In this document: piece by piece, positions 1-12,459 of the stretch
How the letters are laid out: every line of letters begins with the position of its first letter
Numbering within the stretch: position 1 is the stretch's first letter
Origin: Candidatus Zixiibacteriota bacterium
GTDB lineage: Bacteria > Zixibacteria > MSB-5A5 > WJJR01
Length of the DNA stretch: 15,096 bases
Direction: 5' to 3'
NCBI GenBank assembly: GCA_036170655.1
Contig: JAVHPP010000060.1
Location: 1-15,096, forward strand
Notes under the pieces: model-generated
Databases searched by the model: none
Seen by the model: the letters and a program-made list of their open reading frames with translations, nothing else
What the model was told of the DNA's origin: nothing
Translations under genes and position numbers: made by a program

Positions 1-1
1 G

Positions 2-82
2 ACCATCCAGCGGCTGCGCGAGCTCGTCGCGGCGCGCCGGGCGGCGGTGGAGACGGGCAACAGCGCGCCGCCGTCCGCCTGA
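2..82 (+). CDS. 3' end of an unidentified high-GC gene ([26 protein letters not shown]), probably foreign to the rest of the window
   Basis: Frame 2 is open from the window edge to TGA at 80-82 and every sense codon ends in G/C. Bases 1-180 are 137/180 = 76% GC by hand count, versus about 57-62% in 181-300. Confidence 0.4.
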   Translation, partial: TIQRLRELVAARRAAVETGNSAPPSA

Positions 83-117
83 GCGACCGGGCTCGCCGCG
101 CCCCACGGTGACCCGAC

Positions 118-189
118 GTGCTTGAGACGCAGCGGCTCGTCCCGTACGTGCCGCGACTCCTGCTGCGCCATCTCGAGGAGACGCCCGAC
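118..189 (+). CDS. 5' fragment of a second high-GC gene ([24 protein letters not shown]), cut at the junction with fusA
   Basis: GTG at 118 follows a 35-bp spacer after the upstream TGA, and codons are mostly GC-ending. From memory, the peptide resembles N-termini of actinobacterial adenylate/guanylate cyclase-domain proteins (LxPYVPR..); this is unverified. Beyond ~189 the listed ORF 118..1134 is only fusA antisense. Confidence 0.3.
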
Positions 190-1242
190 CCGTTCTTTCT
201 TCCCCGTGGTGGAATTCAGCACCGACTGGCCTACCTCCACCCTGCCCGAATAGACACGGAGATAGGTAAGGCGCCCCACGTACGCGTCGGTCATGATTTT
301 GAATGCCAGGGCGGAGAACGGTGCCTGGCTATCGGCCCGCCGCTCGACTTCCTTGCCCGTGTCAGGGTCGTATCCCGTGACGGGTGGCAGATCAACCGGG
401 GAAGGCAAGAAATCGATCACCGCATCGAGCAGTTTCTGGACGCCCTTGTTCTTGAAAGACGAGCCGCAGAGAACGGGCATCACCTTGGTATCGATGGTCG
501 CCTTGCGCAGCGCGGCCTTGATCTCCTCGGGCTCGATAGACTGTTCATGGATGAACTTTTCGAGCAGATGATCATCGTAGTCAGAAAGAGATTCGAGCAT
601 GGATTCGCGATACTTCCTGGCCTCCGGCAGAAGCGCCGCCGGAATCTCCAAATCATCATAGGTTGCCCCCATGGTCTCGTCGTGATAGACCCGGAAGGTC
701 ATGGTGATCAGGTCGATGACCCCAGTAAACAACTCTCCGCTGCCGGATGGCAATTGAATGGGCACGGTGTTGGCGCCGAGCCGGTCGCGCATCATCTGCA
801 CGGCGCCGGCATAATCCGCCCCCACCCGGTCCATCTTGTTGACATAGGCAATCCGGGGAACATGGTACTTGTCGGCCTGGCGCCAGATGGTCTCGGACTG
901 GGGTTCAACGCCGCCAACAGAGCAAAACAGCGCGACGACGCCATCGAGCACACGCAGGGAGCGCTCAACTTCCATCGTGAAGTCGACGTGTCCGGGGGTA
1001 TCAATGATGTTGATGCGATGCCCCTCCCACATGCAGGTTGTAGCGGCCGAAGTAATGGTGATGCCGCGTTCTTTTTCCTGCTCCATCCAGTCCATCGCCG
1101 CCGCACCATCGTGCACCTCTCCCATGCGGTGTGACTTCCCGGTGTAGTACAGGATACGTTCGGTCGTCGTGGTCTTGCCGGCGTCAATATGCGCAGCAAT
1201 GCCAATGTTCCGAATGCGTCTTATGTCGATCTCGTTGCCCAC
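169..1242 (-). CDS. fusA: Elongation factor G, N-terminal ~358 aa only (G domain, G' and part of domain II)
   Basis: Hand translation from GTG 1242 gives [35 protein letters not shown]...[20 protein letters not shown]...[25 protein letters not shown]...NKMDR...[10 protein letters not shown]...[11 protein letters not shown]. It lies directly after rpsG. The frame has no stop down to base 1 (hence absent from the ORF track), but EF-G similarity ends at ~169. Confidence 0.96.
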
Positions 1243-1478
1243 AAAAATAAACCCCGCTGGGTTGGTCAAGCGCCCATGCGGGGAACAGGTCCCACCGTCA
1301 CGGGGCGGCGGGAGATGCTCCCGGCTCTAAGGCGCACAATAAGAATTGGTCCGCATGTCTCCGGAGCTGAATGAGTGTCAGGACGACAACACCCAAATCA
1401 AAAGCATCCCGCGGTTAATTGTTAGAGAGTCCTCCGCATCCTCATAAATTGACAGGCCACCGTCTTTTCGGCTCGATC

Positions 1479-1967
<489 letters not shown>

Positions 1968-2005
1968 TCATCGTCGTGCCGGGCAGCAGACCCGGTACGT
2001 TTCCA

Positions 2006-2380
2006 TTATTTTTTCGGCCGTTTGGTTCCGTACTTCGAACGGCTTCGCTTGCGATCGTTGACACCTGCGGTGTCGAGTGTTCCCCTGATAATGTGGTAGC
2101 GGACACCAGGAAGATCCTTGACGCGACCGCCGCGGATCAGGACAATCGAGTGCTCCTGAAGATTGTGACCCTCTCCGGGAATGTACGCGGTGACATCGAT
2201 ACGGTTTGTCAGGCGGACACGGGCGACCTTCCGCAGGGCCGAGTTCGGCTTCTTCGGAGTTGACGTATAGACACGGGTGCAGACACCGCGTTTCTGGGGA
2301 GAGCCCTTGAGCGCAGGAGTCCCCGACTTATTCGTCGTGCGGTGTCGGCCCTTGCGAATCAGTTGATTGATTGTCGGCAA
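2006..2380 (-). CDS. rpsL: 30S ribosomal protein S12
   Basis: [48 protein letters not shown] start with GAGG upstream. Confidence 0.99.
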   Translation of the reverse strand: MPTINQLIRKGRHRTTNKSGTPALKGSPQKRGVCTRVYTSTPKKPNSALRKVARVRLTNRIDVTAYIPGEGHNLQEHSIVLIRGGRVKDLPGVRYHIIRGTLDTAGVNDRKRSRSKYGTKRPKK

Positions 2381-2434
2381 TGCATCCTCACTTCAAACAG
2401 GTCAAACAACTCAGCAACACACCACAGATTAAGA

Positions 2435-2463
2435 AGTATACCGTGCCCCCGGCGGGAAATCAA
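2435..2463 (-). promoter_or_regulatory. Sigma70-type promoter for rpsL-rpsG-fusA (str operon)
   Basis: Minus strand reads TTGATT (2463-2458), a 17-bp spacer, then TATACT (2440-2435), about 55 bp upstream of the rpsL start, where the str promoter normally lies. Confidence 0.75.
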
Positions 2464-2495
2464 GCCTTCACTTGGCCACCCGGGCGGGAATCCCG

Positions 2496-5400
2496 TCATA
2501 CGTTTTCCTGGAATATACCGATGGCCGGTTCTTCGGAGCCGGTCTCCTCGGCTGGCATCTCCTCGGGCGGTATCTCGATCGCGCGGTACACCTCGAGACC
2601 GGTTCCCGCCGGAATCAGGTGACCGATAATCACGTTTTCCTTCAATCCTCTCAGGTAGTCGGTCTTGCCCGAGACCGCCGCGTCCGTCAGGACTTTCGTG
2701 GTCTCCTGGAACGACGCCGCGGAGATGAAGGACTCGGTCGAAAGAGACGCCCGTGTGATCCCCAAAAGGAGCGGCTCGAATGTCGCGGGAGCACCACCCT
2801 CCATCAGGACAGACTCGTTTTCGTCCCGGAAAGCGTGATGATCGACAACTTCGCCTTCCAAGAAGTTGGTGTCGCCCGTCGAATCGACCCGCACTTTTTG
2901 CAGCATCTGGCGCACGATCACTTCAATGTGCTTGTCGTTAATCTTGACGCCCTGCAGACGGTAGACTTCCTGGATCTCATTGACCAGATATTCTTCAACC
3001 GCGTTCGCCCCCTCAATCCGCAGGATGTCATGCGGATCGACCGCGCCCTCACAGAGACGCTCGCCCGCCTTGACCCGGTCGCCGTTGTGCACCCGCATGT
3101 GCTTGCCGTGTGGTACGAGGTACTCCTTGACCACCTCGTTCTCGCCGTGTGCCAAGACCTGCTGTTGCCCGCGGACGACCTTTCCAAACTCGATGACACC
3201 ATCGATTTCGGAGACAACCGCCGGGTCGCGCGGTTTGCGGGCCTCGAACAATTCGGCCACACGCGGCAGACCACCCGTGATGTCGCGGGTCTTGGAGATT
3301 TCGCGCGGGATCTTCACCAGAGCGGTGCCGGCGACGACCTGATCGCCATCGTGCACTGCCAAGTGGGCGCCGGTCGGGATTGAGTACCGCGCAATCATCT
3401 TCGTGGTGTTACGGACATCGAAAATCTGGATGTGCGGCAGCGGCATGCGGTCACGACGTTCATGCGGCTCCACCACCACATGCTGGCGCAGGCCTGTTGT
3501 CTCGTCCAACTCCTCCCGCAATGTGAGACCATCAACGATGTCTTCGAAACGGACGACACCGGGCCTCTCCGTGAGAATCGTCGCGGTGTACGGATCCCAT
3601 TCGAACAGGATGTCCTCGCGTGTCACCGAGGCGCCCTCACGGACCAACAACTCGGCGGCGTACGGCACACTGTAGCGGGCGCGAACGCGTTTCTGATCGT
3701 CGACGACCTGTATTTCTCCGTCGCGATTCAGGGCAACGGGACGGCCCGTCGGACCATCGACGGCGCGGACGTTCTTGAAAACGAGCGTGCCCGCCGTCTT
3801 GGCGACAACTTGAGACTGTTCGGTGATGCGGGCTGCCGTACCACCGATGTGGAAGGTTCGCAGCGTCAACTGCGTGCCCGGCTCACCAATCGACTGGGCA
3901 GCGATGACACCGACGGCCTCGCCGAGATCGACCATTTCGCCGGTCGCGAGATTTCGGCCATAGCACTTGGCGCACACGCCCTGCCGGGATTCGCAGGTCA
4001 GGACGGAACGCATGCGCACAAACTCCACACCGGCCTCTTCGGCTGCCACCGCCTGCGACTCCCCGATCTGCTCGCCCCGGCGGATCAATATTTCACCACT
4101 GATCGGATCGGCGACGTCTTCAAGGGATACCCGGCCAAGAATACGGTCTTGCAGCGACTCGATGACATCTTCGCCCTCCTTGAGAGCGGTCGCGTTGAGA
4201 CCAAGGATCGTCCCACAATCCAACTCATTGATGATGACATCCTGGGCGACGTCAACGAGACGGCGTGTCAGGTAACCGGCATCCGCCGTCTTGAGCGCGG
4301 TGTCTGCCAGTCCCTTGCGAGCGCCATGGGTGGAGATGAAGTATTCCATCACCGAAAGTCCCTCACGGAAGTTGGAGAGAATGGGCGATTCGATGATTTC
4401 ACCAATCTGACCGGTGATTTTCTTCTGTGGTTTGGCCATCAACCCGCGCATCCCGGCCAACTGGCGAATTTGCTCCTTGGAGCCACGGGCGCCGGAGTCC
4501 GCCATCATATAGACGGGATTGAAGCCATCCCGGTCTTCCTTCAGGCGTTCGAACATCACCTCGGCAATCTCGCCGGTCGTATGTGTCCACAGGTCAATGA
4601 CCTTGTTGTAACGCTCACTGTTGGTAATGACACCACGTTCATACTGTTTCTGGACGCGCGACACTTCCTTCTGTGTGGCCGCGATCAACTCCGCCTTCTC
4701 CGGAGGCACGATGATGTCGTCGATACCGACCGTAATGCCGGCCATGGTCGCGTAGCGGAATCCGAGGTCCTTGAGTTTGTCCAGAAAGGCCGAGGTCCGG
4801 TGTGGTCCAACCCGCCGATAGGATTGCAGGACCAGAGATTCGAGCTTTCCTTTGGGAGTGACTTCATTGAAAAAGCCGAGCTCGGCAGGTACGATCTCAT
4901 TAAATATGATGCGTCCACAGGTGGTTTCGACGCGCTGGCCATTGATGCGGACCTGAATGAGCGCGTGCAGATCGATACCGCCGAATGCATGGGCCATCAG
5001 CGCTTCTTCGGTCGAGGCAAAGACCTTGCCTTCGCCGGGGGCGCCATGCCGTTCTTTCGTCAGGTAGTAACACCCCAGAACAATGTCCTGGCTCGGTGTG
5101 GCGATGGGACGACCCGAGGAAGGAGACAGGATGTTATTGGTAGAGAACATGAGGATCCGGCACTCCAGCTGCGCCTCGAACGAGAGGGGGACGTGGACGG
5201 CCATCTGATCACCGTCAAAGTCCGCGTTGAACGCCGCACAGACGAGCGGGTGGAGACGGATCGCCTTGCCCTCCACGAGTACCGGATAGAAGGCCTGGAT
5301 ACCCAAGCGGTGCAGCGTGGGGGCGCGGTTCAGCATGACCGGATGTTCGTCGATGATTTCTTCCAAGATGTCCCAAACCTCCGGACGCTCGCGTTCGACG

Positions 5401-6587
5401 AGGCGCTTGGCCGACTTGACGGTCTGCACATATCCTTTCTCCTCAAGTTTCATGATGATGAACGGCTTGAAGAGTTCGAGGGCCATGGTCTTGGGTAGGC
5501 CACATTGATGCAACTTCAACTCCGGTCCCACGACAATGACCGACCGCCCCGAGTAGTCGACGCGTTTGCCGAGCAGATTCTGGCGGAAGCGTCCCTGCTT
5601 GCCCTTGAGCAGATCAGAGAGGGACTTGAGCGGACGGCGTGAGTCGCCGCGCACGGACTGTGTGCGGCGTCCGTTGTCCAAAAGCGCATCGACCGCCTCC
5701 TGCAGCATGCGCTTCTCGTTGCGCAGGATGACGTCGGGAGCCTTGATGTCGATCAGTTTTTTCAAGCGGTTGTTGCGGTTGATGGCCCGGCGATACAGAT
5801 CATTCAGGTCCGACGTCGCGAATCGCCCTCCTTCGAGGGGTACCAGCGGACGCAGATCCGGGGGGAGCACCGGGAGTGTCCTCAGAATCATCCAGTCCGG
5901 CTTGTTCTGGGACTGGCGGAACGACTCGATGACACGAAGGCGTTTCAGCGTATCTTTCTTACGTTGCACCGACGTTTCCACCTTGACCTGCGCGCGCAGC
6001 GACAGCGACAATTCCTCAATGTCAATGCGGCGCAGCAACTCGGCGATCGCTGGGGCGCCCATGGCCGCGGAGAATTCCTTGTCGGCCGAACGGAGAGCCT
6101 GCCATTCATCTTCTTCGAGCAGATCGCCCTCTTTATAGGAGGTCTCGCCCGGATCGATAATCACATAACGTTCGTAGTAGATCACCCGCTCGAGATCGCG
6201 GATCGACATGTCCAAGAGGTATCCGATTCGTGAGGGGGAGGACTTCACATACCAGATGTGCGTAACCGGGATGGCAAGATCGATGTGCCCCATACGTTCG
6301 CGGCGCACCTTTGACTGGGTAACTTCCACGCCGCAGCGATCACAAACGATGCCACGGAAGCGGATGCGCTTGTACTTCCCGCAGTTGCACTCCCAGTCCT
6401 TGACTGGACCGAAAATGCGTTCGCAGAAGAGGCCGTCGCGCTCCGGCTTGAACGAACGGTAGTTGATCGTTTCCGGTTTGGTCACCTCGCCGTATGACCA
6501 CGAGCGGATCGTGTCGGACGAGGCCAACTGAATGCGGATCGCCGCAACTTCTGTCGATCGCTTCTGATTACGAGCTGGAAATACCAC
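2496..6587 (-). CDS. rpoC: DNA-directed RNA polymerase beta' subunit
   Basis: Zn finger CNCGK...CDRC, catalytic [20 protein letters not shown] trigger helix followed by a large insert before ITGGLPRV; 1363 aa; GTG start with GGAGG. Confidence 0.99.
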   Translation of the reverse strand: MVFPARNQKRSTEVAAIRIQLASSDTIRSWSYGEVTKPETINYRSFKPERDGLFCERIFGPVKDWECNCGKYKRIRFRGIVCDRCGVEVTQSKVRRERMGHIDLAIPVTHIWYVKSSPSRIGYLLDMSIRDLERVIYYERYVIIDPGETSYKEGDLLEEDEWQALRSADKEFSAAMGAPAIAELLRRIDIEELSLSLRAQVKVETSVQRKKDTLKRLRVIESFRQSQNKPDWMILRTLPVLPPDLRPLVPLEGGRFATSDLNDLYRRAINRNNRLKKLIDIKAPDVILRNEKRMLQEAVDALLDNGRRTQSVRGDSRRPLKSLSDLLKGKQGRFRQNLLGKRVDYSGRSVIVVGPELKLHQCGLPKTMALELFKPFIIMKLEEKGYVQTVKSAKRLVERERPEVWDILEEIIDEHPVMLNRAPTLHRLGIQAFYPVLVEGKAIRLHPLVCAAFNADFDGDQMAVHVPLSFEAQLECRILMFSTNNILSPSSGRPIATPSQDIVLGCYYLTKERHGAPGEGKVFASTEEALMAHAFGGIDLHALIQVRINGQRVETTCGRIIFNEIVPAELGFFNEVTPKGKLESLVLQSYRRVGPHRTSAFLDKLKDLGFRYATMAGITVGIDDIIVPPEKAELIAATQKEVSRVQKQYERGVITNSERYNKVIDLWTHTTGEIAEVMFERLKEDRDGFNPVYMMADSGARGSKEQIRQLAGMRGLMAKPQKKITGQIGEIIESPILSNFREGLSVMEYFISTHGARKGLADTALKTADAGYLTRRLVDVAQDVIINELDCGTILGLNATALKEGEDVIESLQDRILGRVSLEDVADPISGEILIRRGEQIGESQAVAAEEAGVEFVRMRSVLTCESRQGVCAKCYGRNLATGEMVDLGEAVGVIAAQSIGEPGTQLTLRTFHIGGTAARITEQSQVVAKTAGTLVFKNVRAVDGPTGRPVALNRDGEIQVVDDQKRVRARYSVPYAAELLVREGASVTREDILFEWDPYTATILTERPGVVRFEDIVDGLTLREELDETTGLRQHVVVEPHERRDRMPLPHIQIFDVRNTTKMIARYSIPTGAHLAVHDGDQVVAGTALVKIPREISKTRDITGGLPRVAELFEARKPRDPAVVSEIDGVIEFGKVVRGQQQVLAHGENEVVKEYLVPHGKHMRVHNGDRVKAGERLCEGAVDPHDILRIEGANAVEEYLVNEIQEVYRLQGVKINDKHIEVIVRQMLQKVRVDSTGDTNFLEGEVVDHHAFRDENESVLMEGGAPATFEPLLLGITRASLSTESFISAASFQETTKVLTDAAVSGKTDYLRGLKENVIIGHLIPAGTGLEVYRAIEIPPEEMPAEETGSEEPAIGIFQENV

Positions 6588-6671
6588 CGTGTCCTCCCTA
6601 TGCCAGGGGCCACGAATGGACCCGACATGATTTGCGCTGACCGGCCTGGACGCAACGGGTCCGTCGTCCGA

Positions 6672-10451
<3,780 letters not shown>

Positions 10452-10477
10452 GGGAATCCTCCCTTACAACAGCATCA

Positions 10478-10538
10478 GAGACCGAATCACTCCCCGCACC
10501 CAGCCACTGCCAAACAGCGGCAGCGCGGACAGTGTCTC
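10478..10538 (-). promoter_or_regulatory. Long imperfect hairpin in the rplL-rpoB spacer (candidate processing or attenuation element)
   Basis: Minus-strand pairings are GAGAC/GUCUC, CACUGUCCGCGC/GUGCGGGGAGUG and GCCGCUG/CAGUGGC. Several G-U pairs favour the minus-strand RNA. There is no U-tract. Confidence 0.5.
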
Positions 10539-10571
10539 GCGTCTCAGCAAATGAATATGCGGCGACCGTAG

Positions 10572-10955
10572 CTATTTGATCTCGACGACAGCGCCGACCT
10601 CTTGCAACTTGGTCTTAATCGATTCAGCTTCCTCTTTGGAAACTTTCTCCTTGACCGGGTTTGGCGCTTTGTCGACCAAGTCCTTGGCTTCTTTCAGCCC
10701 CAGACTGGTGATTTCCCGGACAACCTTGATGACCTGAATTTTCTTGTCCCCGGCAGAAATCAGCATCGGGGTGAATTCAGTCTTCTCTTCTTCGGCGGCG
10801 GCACCGCCGCCAGCCGGCATGGCGGCCATGGCCACGGGGGCTGCCGCGGTCACGCCGAACTTCTCCTGGAGCGTCTTCGACAACTGCGACAGCTCCAGCA
10901 CCGACATGTTCTCGATGAGTCCCACCACCTGATCAATCGTGGTTACGTCTGGCAC
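10572..10955 (-). CDS. rplL: 50S ribosomal protein L7/L12
   Basis: [57 protein letters not shown] start with GAAAGGA. Confidence 0.99.
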   Translation of the reverse strand: MPDVTTIDQVVGLIENMSVLELSQLSKTLQEKFGVTAAAPVAMAAMPAGGGAAAEEEKTEFTPMLISAGDKKIQVIKVVREITSLGLKEAKDLVDKAPNPVKEKVSKEEAESIKTKLQEVGAVVEIK

Positions 10956-11029
10956 GAGGTTCGTCCTTTCTCGAAAGAAGATGATACAATTGATTCTCTC
11001 TCTATGTTCATTTCATAAAGTGGACAGGT

Positions 11030-11557
11030 TTACGCACCAGCCGCACTGCCCTTTTCGGCCAAAGCATCCAAAGTTCCGACAAATTCACGAATGATCGCAT
11101 CCAAGGTTCCGACAAAACCGCTGATCGGGGACTCGACTGCCGCGACAAGCTGCGATAGCACGATTTCCCGTGGCGGCAAGATGGCCATGGCTTTCAGATC
11201 TTCCGGTCGGTAGGCGTGACGCTCGACGATGAAAGTCCGTACTTTGGGCCGTTCGAGGCGGGTGTAGAATTCCTGGATGACCTTGGCGCACCCAACCGGA
11301 TCGCGCCCTCCCAGCGCCACAGCCGTGGGACCCTTGAAGAAGGCCGTAAGTTCCGGGAGACCGGCGTCTTCCGCGGCGCGGCGAAGCAGGGTATTCTTGG
11401 CGACCTTGAAGGTGACTCCCGCCCGGCGCAGCTGCGCCCTCAGATCGGTCACATTCGCCACCGTCAGTCCCGCATAGTCCGTCACAAAGACCGAACCGGC
11501 ATTACGCAATTGCTCTGTCAGACCCTCAACAACTCGAATTTTTTCTGGACGAGGCAT
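11030..11557 (-). CDS. rplJ: 50S ribosomal protein L10
   Basis: DYAGLTV..LR..LR, KVAKNTL, FKGPTAVA, LPPRE; lies between rplA and rplL. Confidence 0.98.
   Translation of the reverse strand: MPRPEKIRVVEGLTEQLRNAGSVFVTDYAGLTVANVTDLRAQLRRAGVTFKVAKNTLLRRAAEDAGLPELTAFFKGPTAVALGGRDPVGCAKVIQEFYTRLERPKVRTFIVERHAYRPEDLKAMAILPPREIVLSQLVAAVESPISGFVGTLDAIIREFVGTLDALAEKGSAAGA
11064..11116. repeat. 20-bp direct repeat (19/20 identical, 33-bp period) inside rplJ, encoding FVGTLDA twice
   Basis: gcatccaaagttccgacaaa at 11064-11083 and gcatccaaggttccgacaaa at 11097-11116; the single mismatch is synonymous (ACT/ACC). Confidence 0.9.
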
Positions 11558-11614
11558 ACTGGACTCCCTATGCGCTGGCGATAACCGGCAACCCGATGCC
11601 GGGCATCCGCGTTA

Positions 11615-12316
11615 CTACTTCGAGTCCGCCATCAGGCGGAGATAGTCGACCTTGATGCCGGGACCCATCGTGGTCGAGATGGCGAGGTTCCGGACATATT
11701 GTCCCTTTGACGCAGCCGGCTTGGCCCGAATAACGGCATCGATAAACGCACGGGCATTGACCAGAAGTTTTTCGGCTCCAAACCCGGCCTTACCGACCGC
11801 CGAGTGCACGTTCCCGGCTTTGTCGACACGATATTCGACCTTACCCGCCTTGAGATCGCCGATCGCTTTGCTGATATCCATCGTGACATTTCCGGTCTTC
11901 GGGGATGGCATGAGCCCCCTCGGTCCAAGGATTTTGCCAAGGCGCCCAACCTGACCCATCACATCGGGTGTGGCCACGATTGCGTCAAATTCCAGCCAGC
12001 CCGCCTGGATCTTCTGGACATACTCATCGCAGCCGATATAGTCCGCGCCTGCGGCACGCGCCTCGGCTTCCTTCTCGCCTTTGGTCAACGCCAGTACGCG
12101 AACGGTCCTACCTGTGCCGTGCGGGAGGATGACTGTCCCGCGAACAACCTGATCGGCATGCTTCGGATCGACTCCCAGCCGCATAGCGACTTCCAGCGAT
12201 TCATCGAACTTCACGTGCCGTAGTTCCAGCGCCAAGGAAACCGCTTCGTTCAGCGGGTAGGGCTTCTCTTGACTGATCTTAGACTTGGCTTGAAGGTGCT
12301 TTTTGCCGCTCTTCAT
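11615..12316 (-). CDS. rplA: 50S ribosomal protein L1
   Basis: [56 protein letters not shown]; ends in TAG followed immediately by TAA. Confidence 0.99.
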   Translation of the reverse strand: MKSGKKHLQAKSKISQEKPYPLNEAVSLALELRHVKFDESLEVAMRLGVDPKHADQVVRGTVILPHGTGRTVRVLALTKGEKEAEARAAGADYIGCDEYVQKIQAGWLEFDAIVATPDVMGQVGRLGKILGPRGLMPSPKTGNVTMDISKAIGDLKAGKVEYRVDKAGNVHSAVGKAGFGAEKLLVNARAFIDAVIRAKPAASKGQYVRNLAISTTMGPGIKVDYLRLMADSK

Positions 12317-12323
12317 TGATCCC

Positions 12324-12373
12324 CCATGGCTCCCACCTCACAAGTCCTTCGAGCGGGTGGTCCGATCGCCTGG
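12324..12373 (-). promoter_or_regulatory. Putative ribosomal protein L1-binding autoregulatory RNA element, strands in permuted order
   Basis: Minus strand: CCA-GGC GAUCGGA CCACC [hairpin] GGUGG GA GCC-A-UGG. It contains the GUGGGAG and ACCAC halves of L1 sites around an asymmetric internal loop and overlaps the G-rich SD region 7 nt before the rplA ATG. Confidence 0.6.
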
Positions 12374-12459
12374 TCAGGTTCGAATTCGTTTTTGCGAAGA
12401 TCATCTCACTGAATTAAACATGTCTCCAAGTATCCCCAGATTCCATAAATCGAGAGCCG

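Noticed and set aside
118..1134. 338-aa plus-strand ORF
   Set aside because: From ~190 onward it is the codon-aligned antisense of fusA; only the first ~24 codons may belong to a real, foreign gene.
1189..1374. 61-aa plus-strand ORF over the fusA start and spacer
   Set aside because: It is antisense to the operon, overlaps fusA, and has no SD or recognisable protein features.
1243..1478. 6S RNA, SRP RNA, tmRNA or a known riboswitch in the rpsG-fusA spacer
   Set aside because: I could not find their hallmark motifs (SRP GGAA-loop domain, 6S long rod with central bubble, tRNA-like ends) by eye. It is kept only as an unassigned structured candidate.
1449..1478. Plus-strand TTGACA as an antisense promoter into rpsG
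   Set aside because: There is no credible -10 hexamer at 16-18 bp spacing.
3432..5498. 688-aa plus-strand ORF, and similar ORFs at 2472-3383, 7279-8157, 7593-8597 and 1419-2099
   Set aside because: These are antisense shadows of rpoC, rpoB and rpsG/rpsL, expected in GC-rich conserved genes, with no recognisable motifs.
6588..6671. Hairpins in the rpoB-rpoC spacer and GCATAGGGAG shared with the rplJ upstream region
   Set aside because: The stems are short GC stems without a U-tract, and the shared 10-mer is mostly the SD sequence.
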